DNA from: Roseibacillus sp.
Lineage (GTDB): Bacteria; Verrucomicrobiota; Verrucomicrobiia; Verrucomicrobiales; Akkermansiaceae
DNA: 64,000 nucleotides
Assembly (NCBI GenBank): GCA_051251855.1
Contig: JBPOGI010000003.1
Location: forward strand, 32,001 to 96,000
Direction: 5' to 3'
The notes beneath the pieces were generated by a model. It was not told the DNA's origin. It worked only from the letters and a program-made list of their open reading frames with translations, and ran no database searches. Positions within the stretch are counted from its first letter, which is position 1, and each line of letters starts with the position of its first letter. Shown piece by piece: positions 18,388 to 28,966 of this stretch. The translations under genes and the position numbers were made by a program.

Positions 18388-20160
18388 ATGAGCGCTACAG
18401 CTACTCCCACCTCGATCCGCAATGCGGTCATTCGCCTCGCTGGCCATTCTCAGGACGGTATTCAGTCCATTGGTGCCTTTTTGGCCCAGTTGGCCGGTTC
18501 TACTGCCCAAGACGTGATGACCTATATGACGATTCCGTCTACCATTTCGGGTGGACCTTCGATTTTCCAGGTGCACTTGGGTTCGGGTGAGGTGCTTCAT
18601 CCAGGCGATGAGTCCGATACCCTCGTCGCCTTCTATCAGGACAGTTACGAGAACCACCTCGCTTCGGTGAAGGACGGTGGCATCTGCTTCTACGATAGCG
18701 ACAAGGTGGAGGAGGTTCGTGAGGAGCGGGGTATTATCCACATTGGGGTTCCGTTCACTTCGGCCACTATCGAAGCTATTGGTGGTAACGCAAAGTCTCG
18801 GGGTAAGAATATTTTTGTATTGGGGATGCTTTGCGCGGTCTACCAATTGGATCGTGAAAAAATTTCCGATATTATCGCGGCCAAGTTCGGTAAGAAGTCC
18901 GAGGATATCTTGCGCAACGCGATGATGGCCTTTGATGCTGGTTATCTCTGGCCGGTGCATGATATCAATCACATGCCGATGGCGCCGGGTGAGAACGACT
19001 TGGGCCAAGAACGGCTTTCGACAGACGGCAATACGATGTTGGGCTTGGGCCTGATTGCTGGAGGTTGTCGCTTTGGTGCCGGCTATCCTATTACTCCTTG
19101 GTCGACCATTATGGAGCAACTGCGCTCGGAGCTTCCTAAGTATGGCGGCATGTTTATCCAGACTGAGGATGAGTTGGCAGCGGTCTCATTGGCGATTGGC
19201 GCTTCTTATGCCGGTCACCTTTCGATAACGGGTTCTTCGGGACCGGGTCTTTCTCTTAAGTCTGAGGCGATGGGCTATGCCACGATGGCTGAGCTTCCTC
19301 TGGTTGTGGTCAATATTCAGCGGGGTGGTCCTTCCACGGGAATGCCGACTTCGGTTGAGCAATCGGACTTGATGCAAGCGATTTATGGCTCCCATGGTGA
19401 TTCGCCCCGAGTGGTGTTGGCGCCGCGCGATGTGGAGGATTGTTTTTACATGGCGATTGAGGCCTGTCGCATTGCGAAAGAGTATTCGACCTTGGTGGTG
19501 ATTCTTTCTGATCAGGCAATTGCGACGCGCATCGAAGCTTTCCCTGAGCCTGATTTGAACAAACATTGGATTGAGCCGGAGTTGGACCTTTCCGAACGTC
19601 CTGAGGACTTCAAGCCCTACCCTCTCGATGGGCTGACCCGTCATTCCCCTCCGGGAGCAAAGTCCGCCAGTGCGAAGTATCCCGTTGTAACTGGCTTGGA
19701 GCACGACGAATGGGGTCACCCTTCTGGTAGCCCCAAGATGCACGAGCAAATGAGTGGCAAGCGTCGCGAGAAGCTCATCAAGCTCTCGGAAACTTATGGC
19801 GATCCCGACATCTATGGCGAGCAGTCAGGCGACCTTTTGATTGTGGGCTGGGGCTCGACTTATGGTCCTATCAATGAGGCCGTAGATCGTCTCAATTCTG
19901 AGGGGCACAAAGTGTCTCAATTGGGTATTCGTCACATCCATCCTTTAAACCCGAATCTGGATGAGCTGTTCAGCCGCTTCACCCATGTGTTGGTTGCTGA
20001 GATCAACGACCCTGGAGTCTATGGTTTCGGTCAACTCGCGACCATGTTGCGGGCGAAGACCTGTAACCCCGCTATTCAGGCGCTGAATAAGATTCAGGGT
20101 CTCACCTTCCGAGTGAAGGAGATCGTCACCAAGGCCGAAGCCGTTTTGGCCGGTAAATAA
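18388..20160 (+). CDS. korA: 2-oxoacid:ferredoxin oxidoreductase subunit alpha (gamma-alpha fusion)
   Basis: GYPITP, QTEDELAA, SSGPGLSL, QRGGPSTGMPT and GWGSTYG. Confidence 0.93.
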   Translation: MSATATPTSIRNAVIRLAGHSQDGIQSIGAFLAQLAGSTAQDVMTYMTIPSTISGGPSIFQVHLGSGEVLHPGDESDTLVAFYQDSYENHLASVKDGGICFYDSDKVEEVREERGIIHIGVPFTSATIEAIGGNAKSRGKNIFVLGMLCAVYQLDREKISDIIAAKFGKKSEDILRNAMMAFDAGYLWPVHDINHMPMAPGENDLGQERLSTDGNTMLGLGLIAGGCRFGAGYPITPWSTIMEQLRSELPKYGGMFIQTEDELAAVSLAIGASYAGHLSITGSSGPGLSLKSEAMGYATMAELPLVVVNIQRGGPSTGMPTSVEQSDLMQAIYGSHGDSPRVVLAPRDVEDCFYMAIEACRIAKEYSTLVVILSDQAIATRIEAFPEPDLNKHWIEPELDLSERPEDFKPYPLDGLTRHSPPGAKSASAKYPVVTGLEHDEWGHPSGSPKMHEQMSGKRREKLIKLSETYGDPDIYGEQSGDLLIVGWGSTYGPINEAVDRLNSEGHKVSQLGIRHIHPLNPNLDELFSRFTHVLVAEINDPGVYGFGQLATMLRAKTCNPAIQALNKIQGLTFRVKEIVTKAEAVLAGK

Positions 20161-20204
20161 ATTTCCATTCTTTAATCATCCTCAAACCTTTCCCGTAAGT
20201 AACC

Positions 20205-21092
20205 ATGTCTACAACTGCTGAACCTAAAAAATTGACCAAGAAGGAACTGAAGGCTGACCACCCCACTTGGTGTCCAGCTTGTGGAGACTTTGCTGTCCTT
20301 GCTTCCTTTTTCAATGTTGTCCAAAAGTTGGGCTTTGATCATGAGAAGATTGTGTGTGTGGCCGGTATTGGTTGCTCGTCGCGCTTCCCCTATTTCGTGA
20401 ATACGCATGGCATTCACTTTATCCACGGACGTGCGCTTCCTTTGGCGACGGGAATTTCCCTTTCTCGTCCTGACTTGCATGTCTTTGTGTTTGGAGGTGA
20501 TGGTGACGGTTATTCCATCGGTGGTAATCACCTGACCCATGCCGCTCGCAAGAACATCAATTTGACCTACGTGGTGATGGACAACTTTGTCTATGGCCTC
20601 ACCAAGAATCAGACCTCACCTACGACACCTATTGGTCGCAAGTCGAAGACCGATCCTCGGGGTGCGATTGACCGTCCCATCAATCCCATGGCGCAGTTGG
20701 TGAGCAGCGGAGCCACCTTTGTAGCGCGGTCTCATGCTTCTCAGGTGAAGCACATGAATGAGATGTATGAACGTGCCATCTTGCATAACGGTTTCTCGGT
20801 TGTGGAGACTCTCTCGGAATGCACGATGTTTTACCCTGGGTCGTTCGACGACAGTATCCCTCGGAAGGGTGGCGAATTCAATTTGGTCGGAGAAGACCAC
20901 GACAAGGGAGATTTGGCCTCGGCAATGGCGCTGACCAAGGACCTTTCGCCTGGCAAATTCGGAGTTTATTACGAGACCGAGGCAGCCACTAAGAACGAGA
21001 ATGAAAACGCCTGGGTGAAAGATGCCCAAGCTGCCCATGCGGGTCTTTCTTCTCAGGATATTCTCCGTAAGAGTTTTGCTCGGATGAAGTAG
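20205..21092 (+). CDS. korB: 2-oxoacid:ferredoxin oxidoreductase subunit beta
   Basis: WCPACGD, GIGCSSR, HGRALP, GGDGDG...N TPP motif and YGLTKNQTSPT. Confidence 0.93.
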   Translation: MSTTAEPKKLTKKELKADHPTWCPACGDFAVLASFFNVVQKLGFDHEKIVCVAGIGCSSRFPYFVNTHGIHFIHGRALPLATGISLSRPDLHVFVFGGDGDGYSIGGNHLTHAARKNINLTYVVMDNFVYGLTKNQTSPTTPIGRKSKTDPRGAIDRPINPMAQLVSSGATFVARSHASQVKHMNEMYERAILHNGFSVVETLSECTMFYPGSFDDSIPRKGGEFNLVGEDHDKGDLASAMALTKDLSPGKFGVYYETEAATKNENENAWVKDAQAAHAGLSSQDILRKSFARMK

Positions 21093-21213
21093 GGCTTCTT
21101 TTTCGTTGGCACCACGAGTTCATCGTGGAAATGCAAGTAAGAGCTTTGGCTCCTCGAAAAACACGCCCTTAGGCTAAGGGTCTTGCCCAGTAAGGATTTT
21201 GAGGAGAAGCATG

Positions 21214-21299
21214 GCCCCCTCCCGATGGGGGGATCGGGAGAGAGCACATTTGCTACTTGTCCTTAGGAAGTGTGGGCTGAAAGATCAACCTCACCTCCA
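21214..21299 (-). ncRNA. Candidate small RNA (two hairpins, C6 loop)
   Basis: Minus-strand promoter TTGCTT (21333-21328), 16 nt, TACATT (21311-21306). Hairpin 1 is GGAGGUG-A-GGUUGA-UCUU-UCAGCC-CA-CACUUCC. Hairpin 2 is GCUCUCUCCCGAU-CCCCCC-AUCGGGAGGGGGC. G-U pairs work only on the minus strand. Confidence 0.5.
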
Positions 21300-21375
21300 A
21301 ACATCAATGTAGCGATAAATTCTAGAAAAGCAAGATGTTTATAGAAAAAATGTTATCGGTGGGTATATATATCTC

Positions 21376-22791
21376 TTACCAAGTGTAAGTCACTAGGTAG
21401 GTGATAACCTTAACTTCATCGGGTTCAAGGGTTTCTGTGAATTCGATGGTGTTGGAGTCAGTTTTGACAAAATTGGAGTCAGTATCAATTTTCCAATTCG
21501 ACCAACGCCAGAGATGCTCGCGGGCGGTGATGGTCTGCGCTCTTTTAGAGCGATTCTTCAGGGTGACCTCGATTGTCTCCTTCATCCAGTTCTCGCGATC
21601 GTTACTGATGAAATCGGTGATCTTGCGCTCACCGACGAGATCGAAGGCGTTGCCAGTATAGATTTTAAGATCTTCGTTAGTCGCGGTGTGATCGATGCGA
21701 TTCTCACCGACAAACTCTAGGTTGCCGTCATCACTATCTTCGCGGTAGAAGCGGACGATGCCTGCTGGCATGGCAACACCAAGGCCGTTCTCTTCGCTGT
21801 TTTTGAAGTTCCAAAAGATGGCAACATCTTTGCTGTATGTATGATTGTTGGGGCTGGTATTGCGGCCGCCAGAGTAGCGATACGGGATGGGATCGTAGAG
21901 GTAGCTCTTGGTAGCCTGCACTTTAGGTGAACGGAGGAATTCGACCTGCTTGGTTTCCTTGTCTTGTAGTGTAATAGGTCGAGGTAAGGTGTAGAGGTGG
22001 AAGTCGTCGAAGGCTTTTTCTTGAACGGACACGTCTGCCATGGATTCTGACATCGCCATCTTGGACCTGATATTGCGGTTATTGTAATTTGGCTGCACCA
22101 CGTTGACGTCCCCTGCTACTAGTTTGACTTTGGCGTCCTCGAAAGCGGTTCCAGAATTGTTAGTGGCAGTGATCCAACCGCTGAGGGTGACAAGCTCGCC
22201 TTCTTCGGGAGCGACAAGATTGTAGGAGGCTTGCCAAGTGAGACCACGTGTGAGGTAGGAAAGTTGCGCGTCGAAGTTTTGTACGTTTTCGCTGCCGAGG
22301 GTCCAAGAGAGGGTGGGACGGAGGATGGAGTTGTCCCCCAAGGAAGGAAAGAGAGGCTCGCCAGGGAGGGAGAATTGAAGGCCGTCCTTGGTCTCGATGA
22401 CGGGTGAGCTTTGGCTGCGCCCCCCTGCTTGGTAGCCGGAGCGGACGATTGTTCCTGAGATCATTTCGACTTTGCCGTCAGGATAGACTTTGCGAAAGGG
22501 AATCTCCTTTCCTTCGAAGAGGGAGAGGAGAAGGCCTTGGGAGACGGGGTCGTTGCGGTAGCTTTGCTCGCGGAGTGCGAAGGGGCTTTCGCCGGTGGGG
22601 TCGCGGAAGACCACGGAGTCGGGGATGACCTGGGCGGTGGCACGGTCGTATTTTACGGAGGTGTCGCCTGCTTGGAGCTCCACGGGGATGTTGTCGCGGA
22701 CGACTGCGAGGTTGTTGTTGTAAATGGTTACGGCGACTTCGGCGCTGGCTCCCACGGTCGTGGCGAGGCTCATCATCAATAGTTTCTTCAT
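21376..22791 (-). CDS. DUF4139 domain secreted protein
   Basis: VTIYNNNLAVVRD, LSYLTRGLTWQASY, KLVAGDVN, PAGIVRFY and GNAFDLVGER. Confidence 0.88.
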   Translation of the reverse strand: MKKLLMMSLATTVGASAEVAVTIYNNNLAVVRDNIPVELQAGDTSVKYDRATAQVIPDSVVFRDPTGESPFALREQSYRNDPVSQGLLLSLFEGKEIPFRKVYPDGKVEMISGTIVRSGYQAGGRSQSSPVIETKDGLQFSLPGEPLFPSLGDNSILRPTLSWTLGSENVQNFDAQLSYLTRGLTWQASYNLVAPEEGELVTLSGWITATNNSGTAFEDAKVKLVAGDVNVVQPNYNNRNIRSKMAMSESMADVSVQEKAFDDFHLYTLPRPITLQDKETKQVEFLRSPKVQATKSYLYDPIPYRYSGGRNTSPNNHTYSKDVAIFWNFKNSEENGLGVAMPAGIVRFYREDSDDGNLEFVGENRIDHTATNEDLKIYTGNAFDLVGERKITDFISNDRENWMKETIEVTLKNRSKRAQTITAREHLWRWSNWKIDTDSNFVKTDSNTIEFTETLEPDEVKVITYLVTYTW

Positions 22792-22949
22792 GCTATTAAC
22801 TAGGACACAAAGAAGGCCGAGTTATTAGAATTTTTTTTGAAGGGCCTTTTCGAATGGGGCTTTGTGGAGTGCGAATAGCTTGCGTCTGCTTATAGGAGGG
22901 AGTTGCGGGGTTTGAGATGAAAGCGGAGTCAAGTCTCCGCACTCCAAAT

Positions 22950-24017
22950 CTAACGTCGTCGTCCACGGTAACGTTCGCGGGGATCGTTTTCGGGAGTTTC
23001 TTCGTCCTTGTAGCCGAGGATGCCGTGGCGGCGGAGGTTCTTGATGAAGGTTTTGGTATCGGAATTGACTTCCTCGTCTTTGGTAAGGGTGCCGACGAGG
23101 CCTTCGTTGCTATTCAGAGTGTCGAGAGTTTGGCTTGCTTTGGAAAAGGTTTTCTCGGCCTCACCGACGGCTCCTTCGGCTTTGTCGGCGACGCGTTGTA
23201 GAGAGCGCATGGTTTCGGGGACTTCCTCTACGGCGGGACCGATGTTGGCGAGTTGAGCGTCGACTTCCTCGAAGGTGCCTTCCGCTTTCTGAGCGAGTTT
23301 GGTGACCTGGTTGATGGCATTGCGAGCATCGACGAGGAGAGGCTTGAGGTCGGCAGAGGCATTGCGTGCACCAAGGGACGCGTCTTCGACATTGGAGAGA
23401 GTGCGGTTCACGGAGGTGAGGTTATCGTCGGAGAGAAGACCGGTATTGATTTGTTCTACCGTTTCGCCGAGGCGTCCTGCTATGGATCGCACGTCGTCGA
23501 GGGCTGCATCGAATTTGAGTAAACTCGTACGGGCGTCGGCCATGAGAATGCGGGCATCACCGGCGACGGCAATGGCGTCATTTTGAATCGCTTCCAAGCC
23601 ACTGGCGCCTCCCCCGTCGATCATGCTTTTGTTGCCAAGGACTGCGCTGGTTGGGTTTTCGGGAATGCTGACGGAAATGAGTTTATCTCCCAGGACGGTG
23701 GCACTTTGGATTTGGAAGACGGCATCTGCAGGAAGAATGCGATTGGCGTCGATGGCAATGGGAACGAGGACTCGGGGCGGGGTCACGGATTCCAAGGTGG
23801 GCTTGCCGGAGACAGAGCCAATGCGGACACCGGCCAAGCGAACCGGAGTTCCGACGATGAGGCCACTGGCGTCGCTGAAGCGGACTTCGATATTGTACAC
23901 TTCGTCGTAAGAATTCTGGAAGCGTCCAAACTGTAGAATGAGCCATCCGAGGACAGCGAGACCAACGAAAATGAAGATGCCGACCAAAGTGGCGGTTCGT
24001 TGTTCTCCTGCTGCCAT
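22950..24017 (-). CDS. mlaD: MCE/MlaD family protein
   Basis: N-terminal TM, MCE domain FSDASGLIVGTPVRLAGVRIGSV and LGDKLI, and a long helical tail. Start is ATG 24017 or GTG 24035. Confidence 0.85.
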   Translation of the reverse strand: MAAGEQRTATLVGIFIFVGLAVLGWLILQFGRFQNSYDEVYNIEVRFSDASGLIVGTPVRLAGVRIGSVSGKPTLESVTPPRVLVPIAIDANRILPADAVFQIQSATVLGDKLISVSIPENPTSAVLGNKSMIDGGGASGLEAIQNDAIAVAGDARILMADARTSLLKFDAALDDVRSIAGRLGETVEQINTGLLSDDNLTSVNRTLSNVEDASLGARNASADLKPLLVDARNAINQVTKLAQKAEGTFEEVDAQLANIGPAVEEVPETMRSLQRVADKAEGAVGEAEKTFSKASQTLDTLNSNEGLVGTLTKDEEVNSDTKTFIKNLRRHGILGYKDEETPENDPRERYRGRRR

Positions 24018-24137
24018 CTGGGAAAAGGATCTCACACCCCTTCGCTGCTGTCAACGGGAGGAGTCTCTTGCGAGTCAATCTCTGCCGCGATCAGTCTCGC
24101 CTCTTGGCGTTCTTCGTGCTACTTGCATCCCATCAGT

Positions 24138-26825
24138 ATGGATGTTGAGAAGAAGCGACTTGTGGAGGACGAGGCTCGCGAGAAGAACTGGCGTCGATGG
24201 GGTCCCTATTTGAGTGAACGTCAGTGGGGCACGGTGCGTGAGGACTATTCTACTCATGGGAATAGCTGGGAGGCTTTTCCGCACGATCATTCCCGCAGTA
24301 GGGCCTATCGTTGGGGTGAGGATGGTTTGCAGGGATGGAGTGACCGCCAATGCCGGTTATGTTTTGCGCCAGCGCTTTGGAATGGGCAGGATGATATTCT
24401 TAAGGAGCGTCTCTTTGGATTGACGGGTCCAGAGGGGAATCATGGTGAGGATGTGAAGGAGTGTTATTACTATCTCGATTCTACTCCAACCCATTCTTAC
24501 ACCAAGGCGCTCTATAAATACCCTCAGGCCAAATTTCCCTATATTCGGCTTCGCGATGAGAACAAGGCACGGCGCCGTGATGAGCGGGAGTTGGAATTGG
24601 AAGAAACGGGGGTCTTCGATGAGGGTCGATACTTTGATGTGGTCCAAGAAGTTGCCAAGCGTTCTCCGGAAGATTTATTGTGGCGTATTACGGTGACCAA
24701 TAACGGTCCGGATGCATCTGAGATTCATGTTCTTCCTCAGCTTTGGTTTCGAAATACTTGGAAGTGGGGCAACGAGTACGAGGAACCAAGGACAAAACCT
24801 TCTATTAAGCTGGATGGAGATGGTCTTTTTGCGGACCATGATATTTTAGGTTCGTTCCGTTTCTTTGCGGCTGCTCCGGTGGTCAATGGTGAGGCTGCTC
24901 CGTGGCTCTTTACGGAGAACGAGACGAATTACCCAAGAATTTATAAGACCAAAGGCACCGGTCTCTATGTGAAGGATGCGTTTCATCGTTATCTGGCCAA
25001 TGGTAAGAAGCGGGCGGTCAATCCCGAACAGACAGGAACGAAGGCGGCTGCTCACTTTGCTCTCATGGTTCCTGCGGGCGAGACGGTGACAGTGCAGTGT
25101 CGTCTTCATGCGGTGGAGGAGGACAATGGGCTCAGTGGTTTGGAGCAATTCGAGGAGACTTTTGCAGAGAGGATTGCGGAGGCGAATCAATTCTATCAGG
25201 AGGTGATTCCCGATAATCTTTCTCGCGACGAGGAGATGATTTGTCGGCAGGGCTATGCTGGACTTTTGTGGACCAAACAGTTCTTCTACTATGTGATTAA
25301 GGATTGGTTGGAAGGTGACAAGGATGGTCCTTCTCCTCCCAGTGAACGTCTCACTGGACGGAACTCGGATTGGCAGCACTTCTTTGCGCGAGACATTCTT
25401 TCGATGCCTGACAAGTGGGAGTACCCATGGTTTGCGGCTTGGGATACGGCCTTTCACATGATCCCGTTTGCCAAATTGGATCCTTCCTTTACCAAGCATC
25501 AGCTACTGCTGCTCTTACGGGAGTGGTATATGCATCCCAATGGGCAGATGCCTGCTTACGAATGGAATTTTTCGGATGTGAATCCGCCTGTCCATGCGTG
25601 GGCGGTGTGGCGTGTTTATAAAATCGCAGATGCGAAGGGTGAGCGTGACCTGGACTTTCTTGAGCGTTGTTTTCAGAAGCTACTCATTAATTTTACTTGG
25701 TGGGTGAATCGCAAGGATGTGGAAGGGAATCACGTTTTTGGCGGGGGCTTCCTTGGTTTGGATAATATTGGAGTCTTTGACCGTTCGCACTCGTTGCCGA
25801 GCGGGTCGGTGTTGCATCAGGCTGACGGTACAGCATGGATGGGCTTCTATTGTCTCACTATGTTGTCGATGGCACTAGAGTTGGCTCCAACGCGCCCGCC
25901 CTATGAAGATATTGCTTCCAAGTTTCTGGAGCATTTTGTGAGCATCACGGACGCTATGAATTCTTTGGATGGCAGCGGCTTGTGGGACGAAGAGGACGGA
26001 TTTTACTACGATATCCTCAAGATTGAGGGTGAGAAGAGTGTGCCGATGAAGATTCGTTCCTTGGTGGGCTTGTTGCCGATGATTGGGGTGACGGTGATTA
26101 AGCAGAAGACGCTGGATTCGCTCCCGGGTTTTCGTAAGCGGATGGACTGGTTCCTCACCAATCGCCCTGAGTTACTGCATTACATCGACGTCCGTCGGGT
26201 AGAGGGACAGAAGAATGCGGGACGGGTCTTGTTAGCCATTCCTCCTGAAGATCGTCTGCTGAAGACTTTGCACCGCCTGTTGGACTCTAACGAATTTCTT
26301 TCGGACTTTGGAATTCGCTCTCTCAGCAAGGCGCATGGCGAGGATCCCTTTGTCTTCTCCCATGATGGGCAGAAGAACAAGGTGAGCTATGTCCCGGGAG
26401 AGTCTGATACTGGGATGTTTGGGGGGAATTCGAATTGGCGGGGGCCCATTTGGTTTCCGACTAATTTTTTGATCATCGAGGCTTTGGAGCGCTATCACTA
26501 CTTCTATGGCGATAGTCTAAAGGTTGATTTTCCAAGTGGTTCAGGCAATCAGATGAATCTCAAGGAGGTGGCGATAAATCTTTGCGATCGCCTGATTTCT
26601 CTCTTTGTTCCTGATGAGGAGGGCAACCGTCCCTGCTATGGTGAGGATAATCGTCATGGTGAGGTGGATCATTGGAAGGATTTGATTCTTTTCCACGAGT
26701 ACTTTCATGGTGAGACTGGGGAAGGATTGGGTGCCTCTCATCAGACGGGTTGGACTTCTTTGGTGGTTCGACTTGTTCGTGAAAGACGAGAGAAGCTCAC
26801 CTGTGAAACCGAGGAGTGGGATTAA
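24138..26825 (+). CDS. MGH1-like glycoside hydrolase (GH63-type glucosidase)
   Basis: [44 protein letters not shown] and [14 protein letters not shown] 24138. Confidence 0.92.
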   Translation: MDVEKKRLVEDEAREKNWRRWGPYLSERQWGTVREDYSTHGNSWEAFPHDHSRSRAYRWGEDGLQGWSDRQCRLCFAPALWNGQDDILKERLFGLTGPEGNHGEDVKECYYYLDSTPTHSYTKALYKYPQAKFPYIRLRDENKARRRDERELELEETGVFDEGRYFDVVQEVAKRSPEDLLWRITVTNNGPDASEIHVLPQLWFRNTWKWGNEYEEPRTKPSIKLDGDGLFADHDILGSFRFFAAAPVVNGEAAPWLFTENETNYPRIYKTKGTGLYVKDAFHRYLANGKKRAVNPEQTGTKAAAHFALMVPAGETVTVQCRLHAVEEDNGLSGLEQFEETFAERIAEANQFYQEVIPDNLSRDEEMICRQGYAGLLWTKQFFYYVIKDWLEGDKDGPSPPSERLTGRNSDWQHFFARDILSMPDKWEYPWFAAWDTAFHMIPFAKLDPSFTKHQLLLLLREWYMHPNGQMPAYEWNFSDVNPPVHAWAVWRVYKIADAKGERDLDFLERCFQKLLINFTWWVNRKDVEGNHVFGGGFLGLDNIGVFDRSHSLPSGSVLHQADGTAWMGFYCLTMLSMALELAPTRPPYEDIASKFLEHFVSITDAMNSLDGSGLWDEEDGFYYDILKIEGEKSVPMKIRSLVGLLPMIGVTVIKQKTLDSLPGFRKRMDWFLTNRPELLHYIDVRRVEGQKNAGRVLLAIPPEDRLLKTLHRLLDSNEFLSDFGIRSLSKAHGEDPFVFSHDGQKNKVSYVPGESDTGMFGGNSNWRGPIWFPTNFLIIEALERYHYFYGDSLKVDFPSGSGNQMNLKEVAINLCDRLISLFVPDEEGNRPCYGEDNRHGEVDHWKDLILFHEYFHGETGEGLGASHQTGWTSLVVRLVRERREKLTCETEEWD

Positions 26826-27145
26826 TGGAAAAAGCAGAACGACATATTTTTCTCTGTGCTTTGCCAACAAAGGCGAAGTGTTGTCAAGAGGTTGAAGGCG
26901 AGGCCGCTTGGGGCTTTCTCAAGCGACGGTTGGCGGAGTTATCTCTCGGTGAGCCGAAGTTGAAGGTGCATCGTTCCAAGGCTGATTGTCTGCGGGTTTG
27001 TGAGAATGGGCCGGTAGCAGTGGTTTATCCGGAGGGGGTTTGGTATCGGGATTGCACACCAGAGAATCTGGAGAAAATTATCCAGGCCCACCTGTTAGAA
27101 GGTGAAGTCGTAGAGGAACTCCGCATCGAGGAGCCGAGGCCTTAG
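26825..27145 (+). CDS. Thioredoxin-like [2Fe-2S] ferredoxin
   Basis: HIFLC...KCC and [23 protein letters not shown] overlaps the upstream TAA. Confidence 0.88.
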   Translation: MEKAERHIFLCALPTKAKCCQEVEGEAAWGFLKRRLAELSLGEPKLKVHRSKADCLRVCENGPVAVVYPEGVWYRDCTPENLEKIIQAHLLEGEVVEELRIEEPRP

Positions 27146-27157
27146 ATCATCAATAGT

Positions 27158-27180
27158 GGTGGGGCCGCCGTCGCCCCACC
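27158..27180. terminator. Hairpin between convergent genes
   Basis: GGTGGGG-ccgccgtcg-CCCCACC. Confidence 0.4.
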
Positions 27181-27184
27181 GTTG

Positions 27185-27856
27185 TTATAGCGTGCCTTCG
27201 CGGATTTCGCTGTCGAAGTTGGATTGGAGGTATTGGCCGGTTTCGACGTGGAGTCCGGTGAGCCATCCTCCCCTACCGACGTCGGTGTCGATGCAGACGG
27301 CGTGACCGAGGTTGAGAGGCTCATGTGATTTCTGGGCGGTATGGCCGCAAATCATGGTTTTGCCGGAGATGTGTGGGCGGGGATAGCCGTAGAGAGGGTG
27401 GTTGAACTTCTGATGGACGAGGGTGTAGGGAAGCTGCTCGGCGAGGGGGACTTCGGCTTCCAAGTAGGCGTGGACGAAGATGTGGCTGTCTGTTTCGACG
27501 AAGGGTTTGTTGCGGAAGAGGAAGGCCCAGTGTTCTTCGGGGACATCGTCCATGCCATTGGGCCCGTAAGAATCGAGGGTTTCTTGGCCACCCCAGACGT
27601 CGACCCAGTGTGCGTGGTCGGTGTGATCAATACGGGAGAGGACGAACTTTTCTTCGTGATTGCCGCAGAGGAAGTCGATGTTGAAGTGCTTCTCTTGTTC
27701 GATAAGAAAGTCGATGACCTCCTTGGAGTGTGCTCCGCGATCGACGTAGTCGCCTACAAAGATGATGTGGTCTTCTGGCTGAGGGTCGAGGGCTTTCCAA
27801 AGGGTGAGGAGGGGCTCGAGGCAACCGTGAATGTCGCTGATAGCAAGTGTTCTCAT
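27185..27856 (-). CDS. Calcineurin-like metallophosphoesterase (PphA-like Ser/Thr phosphatase)
   Basis: SDIHG, GDYVDRG, GNHE, FVHA, GHT and IDT motifs. Confidence 0.9.
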   Translation of the reverse strand: MRTLAISDIHGCLEPLLTLWKALDPQPEDHIIFVGDYVDRGAHSKEVIDFLIEQEKHFNIDFLCGNHEEKFVLSRIDHTDHAHWVDVWGGQETLDSYGPNGMDDVPEEHWAFLFRNKPFVETDSHIFVHAYLEAEVPLAEQLPYTLVHQKFNHPLYGYPRPHISGKTMICGHTAQKSHEPLNLGHAVCIDTDVGRGGWLTGLHVETGQYLQSNFDSEIREGTL

Positions 27857-27923
27857 GTCTTGGAAACATTCTTACCACTAAGACCGACCTGTAAAGGGTC
27901 GGTTGTTGCTGTTGTAACTGAAA

Positions 27924-28937
27924 CTAGCTTTGAGACTGGGTTTGAGTGGTTTCTGTTACGTTTTCCGCTTCCTCCTTTTCGTCAGCTTGATCCCCTGTAT
28001 AGGTGTAGGCTTCGTTGATGTTTTCGCTGATGGTGTTGAGATTCTTTTGGACTTCGTCAAGGAAGTCGTGAAGCTCACCTTCGATTTCTCCCGAGAAGGC
28101 GTCAAGTTGGAGCTGAGCGAGAAAGCGTCCACAGCTTTGTTCGGCTTCGTTATTAAAGCGACCGAGGGCAGAGCCAGAAAGGTTGTGCAGGACGTTGTTG
28201 ACCTCGCGGACGCAGTAGAGGATGGATTGTGGGAATACGGAGCTAAAGACGAGGGCCTCGTTGAGTCGGGGCCAGTCGGTTTCGGTATTGCCAAAGCCCC
28301 GCTGGGAGCCGGAGCCACAGCCTCGCATGATGCAGAGCCAGACGTAGGGTTCGAAGGCCTTTCCTTCCTCATCGCCTTCGCCCGGCATGAAATACCGGAG
28401 GTCTAACAAGCGAGAGGATTGGTCTGCGCGTTCGAGCATGGTGCCGAGGCGGAGAAAGCACCAAGCTTCCTCACGGGGCATCATTTCTTCGATGAGGCCG
28501 CGGATCTGAAGGCAGCCTTGCCGGACTCGAGCGCCATAAATGGCGGGATTGATTGTCGACTTGGACTTGGACTGTTCTTTGCACCAGAGGTAAAGTTCGT
28601 TGAGGACTTCCCAGAGCTCGGAGGACAGTTGTTCGCGAGCACCGCGGGCGTTCTCGCGGGCGAAGGAAATATTTCTGAAGACGGATTCGTAGTTCTCGTT
28701 ATCGACGAGGAGATAGCGGTGAAAGTCTTCTTTGGTCTTGAGCTTTTCAATGGCGCCGAGCTCATAGCCATAAGTTTGCAGGATGGGTTTCCAGAACAAG
28801 TCGGTGGAGTCTAGATTGGGATGCCTATAGTCGAGAGCCAGTTGGTCGGCGACTTCAACGAGGCGGGCGAGGCTTTTGGCGCGTTCGATATAGCGGGATA
28901 GCCACATCAAGGATTCGGCAACTCGGGAGAGCATCAT
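27924..28937 (-). CDS. Alpha-E domain protein (DUF403)
   Basis: MLSRVAESLMWLSRYIERA, ARENARGAREQLSSELWE and GTMLERADQSSRLLD (two ER motifs). Confidence 0.9.
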   Translation of the reverse strand: MMLSRVAESLMWLSRYIERAKSLARLVEVADQLALDYRHPNLDSTDLFWKPILQTYGYELGAIEKLKTKEDFHRYLLVDNENYESVFRNISFARENARGAREQLSSELWEVLNELYLWCKEQSKSKSTINPAIYGARVRQGCLQIRGLIEEMMPREEAWCFLRLGTMLERADQSSRLLDLRYFMPGEGDEEGKAFEPYVWLCIMRGCGSGSQRGFGNTETDWPRLNEALVFSSVFPQSILYCVREVNNVLHNLSGSALGRFNNEAEQSCGRFLAQLQLDAFSGEIEGELHDFLDEVQKNLNTISENINEAYTYTGDQADEKEEAENVTETTQTQSQS

Positions 28938-28966
28938 AAAATTGGGGTTTTGAAAGTTTGGTTAGG

